DNA of 52,881 nucleotides, filler included, from Jimgerdemannia flammicorona (taxonomy: Eukaryota), in assembly GCA_003990765.1 (NCBI GenBank). It is 2 parts of 2 records of this genome, joined end to end, with 100 filler letters (N's around TTAATTAATTAA, not from the genome) between each part and the next. Parts side by side here need not be neighbours in the genome. Positions count along the whole stretch, not along the records: positions 26,493 to 52,881 come from RBNJ01000733.1; 1 more part is not named here. One strand, written 5' to 3'. The notes beneath the pieces are model-generated. The model saw only the letters and a program-made list of their open reading frames with translations, had not been told where the DNA came from and made no database searches. Both the position numbers and the translations under genes were made by a program. Shown piece by piece: positions 39,939 to 50,264 of the stretch. Numbering within the stretch: position 1 is the stretch's first letter; each line of letters begins with the position of its first letter.

Positions 39939-41385
39939 TGTAACAGACCGAAATGTACCACCCAAATTATAACTTAGCCAGATGATACGAACAATTAGCA
40001 TACTTACTCAGCATGATGTGACTTCTAGTGTATCATAGTTACCCATGCCTGCCACACTTATAATTAGCCAAGACACCAGATCAGGATTGTTTACCTGTAT
40101 CCTGAAGACACACTCATGTCCTGCAGACATACTCATGTTCTGTAGACACACCTATACCCAGAGGACATACCCAAGCATTACCAGAAGTAGTAAATCTATA
40201 GTTAGCCATATAGCAACCAGATAGCAACCAACTTGTATAAATTACCCCAGAGATAAGAGTGAATAAACCTCAGTCTGAATTGAAGTGCAAACCAAAGAAG
40301 CCTCTAAAGATTGAGCATTGGTCTCCTTATTCCACTTTGGTCTACTTTCTGATACAAAGCTGATTTTGCCAATAAGTTCAAGGAAGAACTTCACCACCTT
40401 TGGAATTATTGGTTTGCTTGCCAGATAAGCCTGAAGATTTCTGCCACCTAAAAGAAAGCTGCCTTGCTCAAGCTAGTTTCTGATGCAACTTTGCAGTGAT
40501 CTATTCACACAAACAAAGTCAGTCTTTGACACAACTTTGCCAAGAGACCCTTTCTAAGCTGCCATCTCATTTCCCAGTTAAAACCACCAATTATGGAGAA
40601 TCCACATCATCCACTGCCTTTTGAGTTATCCACTGTATTCCCAGTTGAAGCTGCCAATTTAGGAAGAATCTGCACCATCATATTCCCAGAAGAACCTGAT
40701 TTGGAAGAACCTGTGCCATCTGAGTTAATTTCCAGTTAAGCTGTTGTTTTCAAGAAGTCTGCCAATTCAGGAAGAATCTACATCATCCATCATTTCTAAG
40801 TTATCCACATTCCCAGAAGGACCCAATTTGTGCCACCCAAGTTATTATTCCCAGAAGAGCCCGATTTGTGCCATCCGAGTTATCCATTGTTCCCAGTGAG
40901 CCTGGTACAGAAGAAACCACACCAGTATAATTCCCAGTGAGTCAAATCAAGTTGTCTGCCAAATTTGCATAAGGAATATTGCCAAGATCATCCTGCATAA
41001 GAAATCCACTCATGCTATATGAGATTGTCATGCAGAAATCACATAAGGAGAACTGCTAAATTGCCAGACCATCACTCACAGAGATCATCATGCTACACAG
41101 AAATCACCTGCTACTCAAGAAGGAAACCACTCACACTATATACAAATTCTGCTATTCCCAGTTGATCAAAGAAGAAAAGACACAAATCACTGCTACACCT
41201 AGAGAACTATCTCAATAATGAAACCACTCACAGATATCCAGCTTGACTATTATACTACTAAATACCAAGGACCTCAGGAATCTTAGAACATTTTGTTGCT
41301 TTTTGACAAAGTAACTGGGGGCTCAAGCTAAACTTCATCAACCCCCAACCTTGTAATTTGCCTCCATTGAGCCAGGCATATTACA
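39939..41385 (+). repeat. Gypsy 5' LTR (~1447 bp) with internal 19-bp tandem units and TTCCCAG-anchored degenerate repeats
   Basis: tgtaacagaccgaaatg...gccaggcatattaca; collinear with 48803-50264. Confidence 0.95.
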
Positions 41386-41387
41386 TT

Positions 41388-41402
41388 TGGGGGCTCAACT
41401 AG
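41388..41402 (+). promoter_or_regulatory. Gypsy primer-binding site, tRNA-Pro type
   Basis: TGGGGGCTCAACTAG lies 2 nt after the LTR end; TGGGGGCTC is the start of the classic tRNA-Pro PBS. Confidence 0.75.
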
Positions 41403-41416
41403 AAAGATTTCAATCA

Positions 41417-43300
41417 ATGTGACTTTTCAGCTCACAAGAACCCACAGTCAAACTAGATACATTTGACACAATACCAACCTCTACCACTACAGGAGAATCA
41501 GTCATCACTAGCATTTGGACAGAAAAAGAAGTAATCACATCAAGACTTGCTAACTACCCAGTATCAGAAGGTTCCCAACCAGAAGGTAGTATAGCCTGAA
41601 ATCTCCAACCAGATTGACCAGACAATACAGGTAGCCCTGCTAGAGATTTCAGAGAACTTGTACAAGAACTAGAAGATCTTATCACATGAACCTGAGACTT
41701 TACAGCCAGACACCCCATACTAGTCCTGCTAATCTCACTAATAGAACATTTACCACAATCTCTTACAGAATTGGAAGTAGCCCCTACAAGAATACCTAGA
41801 CTTATCCCACTTCATCCAAGATCCAGAACACTATCCTCAAGATACCCAAGCATCCTCATCTCCAGTGACAGCTCAGAAAGCAAATTAGAATCAGAATCTG
41901 AACCTGAACCAGAATCAGAAAAAAGTGATGAAGAAATGGCCACTTCACTGCCAACCTTTGCAGGATACCCAGAGAAAGACCCCAGAGAATTCCTTGATGG
42001 AATTGAAGAAATTGCAGTCTTGAGGAATCTCTCAGATGAAAGAAAAATTGCCATCTACAAGGCTCAGCTTAGAGAACCAGCCAGAGGAATTTTCCATCAA
42101 ACAGCAAATAACCCAGACTCAGAACTGGCAAGACAGATGCAAGCAGCAATGTCCTATGAGCTAGAATATGAGGCCATGGTCCACTGGCTCATTGAAAAGT
42201 ATACAGAAAATGAAACCTATCACAAGGCTCAGGAATCCATCATGGGGATGAAGATGAATCTTAGAGAATCACCCAGAGCCTTCTTTACAAGAATCCAGAA
42301 GAGAATGCATGCTACTGGGTTCAATGCCACCAATTAGGACATCATCAGTCCAATAACCTTCATGAATGGAATTCCCCCAAACATTGCCCAGCATGTCCAC
42401 ACCCTAGGCATCAGAAGGTCTGAAGAGCAAGTAGATGCAGCCCAAGGATTCTTTGATGTCAGACAAGGAACTACCTAGAGTGATCATGACAGAAAAGAAG
42501 AGAAAAAAGACATCCTAGTCAAAGCCCTACAAGGACTCCTTTAAGGACAGGAAAGATCTGAAGAAAGAAGACCAGCCAAGAAAGGGAAGAAGGATAGAAG
42601 CAAAATCCAAGACCTTAGTTCCAAGTTAGACTGATTGGTTGGACAGATTGAAAAACTCACTATATATAAAAATCAGAGCTACCAAGACAATAGAGGATAC
42701 TCACTATAGAGGAGCCAAGGTTATCCACCCAGAGATAGCAAGGGTTATCAGCAAGAAGAAAGAAGATATCCTGTCTGAGATAGAGCCCAAGTCCAATGCT
42801 TCTACTGTGGACAATTTGGACACTATGCCACTGAATGTGACAATAAAAGAAGTAACCAAAGGGACTCAGAACCACCAAACTGAAGGAATGACACCCAGTA
42901 CAAGAAGACTGAAGCCCATCCTATTGAAAATTTCGAGGAAGCAAGCAACAGTGAAGACTACAGTGACCTAGACTTGTACCCTACTAAGGTTACCACCCGA
43001 AAGACAGTCTACCTAGCAGAAAAAAGGAAGAGACCTGTAGGAAGGCCATCCAGGAACATCAGCAGAAGAATCATCCAAGAAGAAGATGAAGAACATGAGG
43101 AGGAACAAGTAGAAATACCTCTCCGAACCCCCTCACCTTTTGTTTCTGAGACAAATGAGTTACCACCAAAGATGAAGAAATGGAACAAGAAGAATGAGAA
43201 CCTGCTGCTCCAAAGTCTAAGAAGAAGTACACTCACAAGACCATACCTAGAGATATTTACAATGAAGCCTGGCAGAAGATTCAAGAAGCCAAAATAGAAG
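41417..43300 (+). pseudogene. Gypsy gag with long N-terminal extension, capsid-like region and CCHC zinc knuckle
   Basis: ATG at 41417 is in frame with LPTFAGYPEKDPREFLDGIE..LREPAR..ESPRAFFTRI and with CFYCGQFGHYATEC (42797-42838); interrupted by TGA/TAG/TAA stops. Confidence 0.85.
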
Positions 43301-43439
43301 TCCCCCTTCTGCAGTTCCTGTAACTGACACCAGCTAGAGTCTGAAACAAATTGCTAAGAACCACCAGGTCTAGCACTGGCTGAGTCCCAATCCCACAGCA
43401 AGAACCAGTTCCCATCCCTGTTCAGGCAGCTAAGAGACA

Positions 43440-43810
43440 TATCAGCACCTATCTACATAGAGATATTAGAGGGCAAAAGGTGAAGATCCTCATAGACACA
43501 GGAGCAGCTATCTGTGTCATTGCCAAATGATTCTTAGACACCCTCCAATGGCCCATTGATGGACCATCCAACCTCAGAATTATAGTAGCAGATGGAGCCT
43601 GAACTCAACCCCTTGGAGAAGTATGAAATATCACTATCTCCCTTGGACACATTCAGTTCTCCATCCCTAAAGCTGTTGTTACTGAAGCTGTCACCTATGA
43701 CATGATTCTTGGTACCAACTGGATGAAGGAAATGAATGCAGTTGTTGATATTGGCCAACAAGTACTCAAGTTTGACTACTGAGGCAAGAAGTACAGAGTT
43801 AAGGTAACCA
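43440..43810 (+). pseudogene. Gypsy aspartic protease
   Basis: RGQKVKILIDTGAAICVI ... YDMILGTNWM. Confidence 0.9.
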
Positions 43811-45109
43811 GCTATGAGCAATCAAAGAAGAAGAAGAAGGTCACCATTCAGGAAGAATATGCCTGCAGCAAGGAGTCTACTATAGAAGAGGAAGAAGAAT
43901 CTGAAGACGGAAATGATCCCAGACTCAATCCCCAAATTAATCTGATAGATGACAGACCAGAAGATAATGTGTGGGCCAAGAACACCATCCCTATCACCAT
44001 TGGAGCTATTGTAGGAGAAGCCAAAGGATGCCCTATCTGCCTTAAGAGACATAAGTGTCCTGAGCACTCCTCCAAGATCATGGAAACAAGGAAATCGCCT
44101 GACACAGCCTGCCCAGAGTGCAGGAAGAAGAAGAAGAAATGCAGACATGTTTCAGAAACACCTGCAACCAAAGCTGCAGAAGTACAAGCAATTTGGAGTC
44201 AAGAATCATCTGAGGAAGAAGAAACTTCTGATCAAGAAGTCTCTGAACAAGAAGCACCTGAAGAAGAAGAAGTCTCTGAACTCATTCCCTGGGATGATTC
44301 TTGTTGGACACCACCCAAGGACAATGACCCTTGGAATACAGAAGAAGGACCCAGTATAATTACCATTATCCCAAAGAAAGAAACTCACCAAGAGAAGGCT
44401 TTTTGGCTTGGAAGGTGTCTACACCAAATGATCTTTCACTCTCCCCAAAACTATTGCTATCAGTGTCATCTGTTGGATCAACAAGAAAGACAGAGACCCC
44501 AGAGACCAGAACCCCCAACTATACTTGCACAGTCAACCACTTTTCAAGAAGTTACCACAAGGTTATAAAGTCAATTTAGAGGACAAGGCTTCTTCACCCA
44601 AACAGAAATATATCTCTTGTCTACCCTTCCCCCAACTTATGATCAAGATGGGTATCGATTCCCAAGACAACAAGAGATCAACAGCTGGGAACATCATTTC
44701 TGAGCAATGGGATATTGTAACCATGGGAGACACCCTGACTGCTGAGACTGCAGACATCAGAAGATTCACCTCAGTCATGATATTGCAGTCCATACTTTAA
44801 AGAGAGGAGACAATAGAGACCAGATCTGAAAAAGCCAAACCAGGAAGCCAGGAAGAAGAGTCCTTAAGATCTATGATTTGGGAGAAGACATCCTAGCTCT
44901 CATTAGGCATACAACTTGCCAAGAATGGGCAGAAGATGCTACCAACTTCATAGAAGCCCTAGACCCTACAGGAAGAAGAGGAATCAATTATCTCCAAGAC
45001 CCCTCTACTGGAGCCAGATAGCCACACCTCAATCTTAGAGCTTGGAGGCTCTCTACTAGTGGAGCCTCAGCCCTAGGACAGCCTGAACTTAGCAAGGATA
45101 TTACCCAGT

Positions 45110-45500
45110 ATGCCCTGCTATATCCCAAGGCCAAACCCCTGACCAAAGCCCACTCAGATGATATAGAGTATGATCTTCACAGTCTGGAGGATGAATCTAT
45201 CAAACCTGGAAAAACCTTCATAATCAGAACTGGGTTAGCCATGCAGGATCTTATATCCAACTGACCTCAAGGTCTGGACTTGCCAGACAAGGAATAACTG
45301 TGGAAGGAGAAACTATTGACCCAGGATATACAGGCGAAATCAAGGTCATCCTGCATAACAGCAGCACAGAATAGCACTGAATCATTAGAGGACAGAAGAT
45401 TGCCCAAGCAGTCTTCATGAAAGTCAAGACTCCCCAGTTACAAGAAGTCTCTGAACTAACTGAAGGAACAAGATAAGTCAAGAGATTTGGAAGTTCAGAC
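45110..45500 (+). pseudogene. dUTPase domain within the gypsy pol
   Basis: PKAKPLTKAHSDDIEYDLHS (motif I), IRTGLA, SRSGLA (II), ETIDPGYTGEIKVIL (III), GQKIAQAVF (IV), R*VKRFGSS (V). Confidence 0.9.
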
Positions 45501-45899
45501 AGAAAGGAAGTACACCTCCTTCAAGTCAACCATCTTAAGAGAAATGTTCCCCAGCAAGTGTATTGGCAACCAGTCAGACTGCACAAGAATCTTATCCTGG
45601 AGCCTGGAGAACAAATAACCTTTGAAATCTTTGCACCATCTGTCCTCAGAAACCTTTTCTTTGAACCCAAAGAAGATATTTCCCATCTGGATATAGAGGG
45701 ACACATATTCTCTGACAAGATGAACCCAGTACACTCCCAAGCAACCAATCAAAGTTGAGAAACCATCATCTTGCTGAAAGGAACCATCATAGGACATCTG
45801 GTGCCTTTTCTCAACTGAACTCATAGAGAAGTTTATGAACTAAACCTATCAGGAAATGGCAAAAGATCCCAGAAGAAAGGAAAGGCCCCTCTGTGACCC

Positions 45900-48306
45900 A
45901 GGAGACAGTAAAACCTTCCACCAATATTGGAGAAGAATTGACACCTCAACAACAACAACAACTAATAGAACTTCTCAACAAATATCAAGATATCTTCACC
46001 ACTAATTATGGAAATCTGTCATACAATCCATCATATCACCACAGCATAAATACAGGAAATGCAACACTCATCTGGCAGAAACCCTATAGAATACTCCATC
46101 ACTTGAAAACATTCAAAAGAGAGTACATTCAAGAACTCTTAGACAATAGAGTCATCTGACCCTCTACCAGCCCTTGGGCCAGCCCTATACTTATTGTACC
46201 AAAGAAAGGAGGATGGAGACTCTGCATGGACTATAGAAAACTCAATTCAGTCACTGAAAAGGATTCCTATCCTTTGCCCCGAATTGATGATTTCTGGATC
46301 AGTTACAAGATGCCAGATACTTCAGCAGTATGGACCTCTTCACAGGATTCCATGAGATCTCCATGGACCCCAAGGACATTCAAAAGACAGTCTTTCTTGC
46401 TCTAGGAAAACTGTTTGAATACCTCTGAATGCCCTTTGGACTCTGCAATGTACTCCCCACCTTTCAGAGGATGATGAATTCAGTCTATGTCCCCTTGATC
46501 CACTACTGCCTGATTGTATATAGATGATTCCAACATCTATTCAGCAAATTTTGAAGAACACCTGCACTACCTAGAGGAATTCATCAAGCTCACCTACAAG
46601 AATCACTTGAGATTGAATGCAAAGAAATGCTACTTTGGGAAACAGAAACTTGAATTCCTAGGATTTATGGTTTCAAAAGAAGGAACTCATACAGATCCAA
46701 AGAAAACCAAGAAGATCAACAATTGGCCAGTACCCAAGACTCTGAAGGAAACACTATCATTCCTGATGCTAGTATTCTACTACAGAAGGTTTATCAAGGA
46801 TTTTGCCCAAATTGCTACCCCAATTAGAATCCTTCTCAAGAAAGGAGTGCTATTCAAATGGACAGAATCACAGGAAAAAGCTTTCAGAGAACTCAAGAAC
46901 CGCATGACTACAATACCAATCCTTGTATGCCCCAATCTATAGAAGCCATTCATCTTGTATACAGATGCTTCTAAAGATGGCCTCAGAGCAGTTCTGTCCC
47001 AAGAAGGATCTAATCAACAGCACTATGTGATAGCTTATGCAAGCAGAGCTACTAACTAGCAGCATATGAACTATGACCATATAGCCCTCAAATGGCTATT
47101 CAACTACAAGGAATCCGCCAGAATCCTAGCCTGCTGGATCCTTATCCTTTAGGATTACAAAATCACCATTATTCACAAAGGAGAGAAAGCCCACAACAAT
47201 GTTAATGTACTTTTCTGCCAGCCCCAATGAACCAGAAGAAGGGTGTCCTGAGGAACTACACCCTAAAGGAAGCTCCTCAGACCATCAAGGAATAAGAAGA
47301 TCTCATCCAAAAAGAACATCAGAAAACCCACTAAGGACAGACAAGCATAGAAGATAAGATTCGAAAACAATATCAACATTGGTTCCACCTCAGAACCCAA
47401 GTCCGAGACATTATTCAGAAATGTGACATCTGGCAGAAGTATCAAGGAAAGAAGAACTATCAAGCCCCTTTGCAACTGATTCTCTCACCCACTCACATCT
47501 TTCAAAGATGAGAAGTAGATGTAATTGGACCTCTATCAGTTACACCAAGAAAAAACAAATATATCCTTGTATTTGTAGAACATCTGACCAAGTGGCCTGA
47601 GGCTTTCCCAATGGAAATTGTAGATGCTCTAACCATTGTAGGCCTTCTCCATAGACTCACACTCAGATATGGACACCCAGAAGAACTCATCTCTGACTGA
47701 GGCACAGAATTCATCAACAATATAATCACAAGTTATACTTGAATTCACAAGATACATCTCAAACAGACTACATCATACTATTTCCAGACCAATGGCATGA
47801 CAGAAAGGATGAACCAGACCATCAAGAAAGGACTTACCTGAGTCAATTCTACCAATTGAGACCTCTGCTTACCTGAGATCCTATGGGAAATTCAGAACAC
47901 CCCTGTCACCTCAACCAAACAAAAGCTATTTGAAATGATATTTGCCAAGAAAATAAGAACTACTGACCATAAGAACCTTGGAGATCTTCTAAAGAAGGCA
48001 GAACAGTTACATAATCAGGCCCGAGGTCAGATTATCAAAGCCCAAGAAAGACAAAAGAAGTATTATAACCAAAGACAGAAGGATCAGGAGATCAAGATTG
48101 GAGATCAAGTACTAGTTTGGAGAAGTATGATTGAAACAAACTTTGCCACCAAATTGGAGCCCAAATGGAAAGGACCTTATCTTGTACATAACATCAGAGG
48201 AACCAGCATCTATTTAAGAAGCATCAATAGATGAACTCTGAGAACACCAGTATATATCAATCACCTCAAGATATACCTCTTCTCACATCATGAATCAGAA
48301 AATTGA
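45900..48306 (+). pseudogene. Gypsy reverse transcriptase, RNase H and integrase (GPY/F, no chromodomain)
   Basis: [95 protein letters not shown]; multiple stops and frameshifts. Confidence 0.95.
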
Positions 48307-48802
48307 CAACTACCTCCAAACTCTTGTTCTTAGTTCCCTCTAAGCCCTATCAGTTCCCCTACCTCAGTTCTAGGAACCCAATGGAATATATCTTCAGAAA
48401 ATCCAAGTTCATCAAGAGAACCTCACTTTGGCCAAGAGGCTACTCCAGGTCCACTAGCTGCAGGCATACTATATAATTGGAGAACAATTGCAGAATCTTC
48501 CTCTTCCAGACCTAGCCTATGTCCATAACACCACTGGCCTGAACAGAAGAAATATTACTGCTGCAGACAGACTATATACAATATATAAACAAAATTCTTC
48601 TGCCTTAATCCAGGCCCAGTTCTCCCTGAATAACCTCTAAAGGATGACACTGCCCATCTACCTCAGCATCATTCACCAAGTGGAGATCCTATTTTTCAAG
48701 GAAGAAGAAGAGCCCCTGGAATGGAGTGACCATAGCTCAGATGATGATGATGGAACAGATATAGATGCAGAAGCTGCTTATGCCTATTGGGATGATGACT
48801 GA
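48290..48802 (+). pseudogene. Extra ORF (ORF3, 170 codons) between integrase and the 3' LTR
   Basis: Single frame from ATG 48290 to TGA 48800-48802 with only four internal TAA/TAG stops, consistent with mutated Gln or Trp codons; acidic tail EEEEPLEWSDHSSDDDDGTDIDAEAAYAYWDDD*. Confidence 0.7.
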
Positions 48803-50264
48803 TGTAACAGACTGAAATATACCACCCAAATTATAACTTAGCCAGATGATGTAAACAATTAGCATACTTACTCAGCATGATGTGACTTCTAGTGTATTAT
48901 AGTTACCCATGCCTGCCACACTTATAATTAGCCAAGACACCAGATCAGAATTGTTTATCTGTATCCTGAAGACATACTCATATCCTGCAGACACACTTAT
49001 GTTCTGTGGACACACTTATGTCCTGCAGACACACTTATGTCCTGTGGATATACCTGTACTCAGAGGATACACCCAAGCATTACCAGAAGTAGTAAATCTA
49101 TAGTTAGCCACATAGCAACCAGATAGCAACCAACTTATATAAATTACACCAGAGACAAGAGTAAATAAACCTCAGTCTGAATTGAAGTGCAAACCAAAGA
49201 AGTCTCTAAAGATTGAGCATTGGTCCCCTTATTCCACTCTGGATACAAAGCTGATTTTGCCACTAAGTTCAAGGAAGAACTTCACCACCTTTGGAATTAT
49301 TGGTTTGCTTGCCAGATAAGCCTGAAGATTTCTGCCACCTAAAAGAAAGCTGCCTTGCTCAAGCCAGTTTCTGATGCAACTTCACAGTGACCCATTTATG
49401 CAAATGAAGCCAGTCTTTGATGCAACTTTGCCAAGAGACTCTTTCCAAGCTACCATCCTGTTTCCCAGTTAAAACTGCCAATTTCGGAGAATCCACATCA
49501 TCCACTGCCTTTTGAGTTATCTGCTGTATTCCCAGTTGAAGCTGCTGATTCAGGAAGAATCTGTGTCATTGTATTCTCAGAAGAACCTAATTTGGAAGAA
49601 CCCATACTATCCAAGTTAATTCCCAGTTAAGCTGTTATTTTCAAGAAGTCCACTGATTCAGGAAGAATCCGCATTATCTGCCATTTCCAAGTTATCTACA
49701 TTTCCAGAAGGACCTGATTCGTGCCACCCAAGTTATTATTCTCATAAGGGCCCGATTTGCACCATCCGAGTTATCTGTTGTTCTCAGTAAGCCCAGTATA
49801 GAAGAAACCACACCAGTATAATTCCCAGTAAGCCAAATTGAGTTGTCCACCAAATCCGCATAAGGAATATTGCCAAGATCATTCTGCATAAGAAATCCAC
49901 TCATGCTACATGAGATCATCATGCAGAAATTGCATAAGGAGAACTGCTAAATTACCAGACCATCATGTACAGAGATTGTCATGCTATACAGAAATCACCT
50001 GCTACTCAAGAAGAAAACTGCTTGCACTACATATAAATTCTACCATTCCCAGTTGATCAAGAAGGAAAGACACAAATCAACGCTATATCTAGAGAACCAT
50101 CCCAATAAGGAAACCGCTTACAGATATCCAGCTTGACTATTATACCACTAAACACCAAGGACCTCAGGAATCTTATACTTTTTGACAAAGTAACTGGGGG
50201 CTCAAGCCAAACTTCATCAACTCTCAACCTTGCAATTTGTCTCTATTGAGTCAGGCACATTATA
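48803..50264 (+). repeat. Gypsy 3' LTR (~1462 bp)
   Basis: tgtaacagactgaaata...gtcaggcacattata (terminal CA mutated to TA). Confidence 0.95.

Larger units (their letters stand above)
39939..50264 (+). mobile_element. Ty3/gypsy LTR retrotransposon (gag-PR-Cys-rich-dUTPase-RT-RH-INT-ORF3) nested in the copia pol
   Basis: LTRs at 39939-41385 and 48803-50264; 4-bp TSD ATAT (39935-39938, 50265-50268); PBS TGGGGGCTCAA; domain order PR-RT-RH-INT. Confidence 0.95.

Noticed and set aside
40570..40940. TTCCCAG-anchored repeats in the LTR as a CRISPR-like or coding array
   Set aside because: The intervening sequences are related to each other, and no convincing ORF was found on the + strand
48180..48306. 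Chromodomain at the gypsy integrase C-terminus (chromovirus)
   Set aside because: Integrase ends shortly after the GPY motif (..HLKIYLFSHHESEN*), with no Y.VKW.G..TWEP motif
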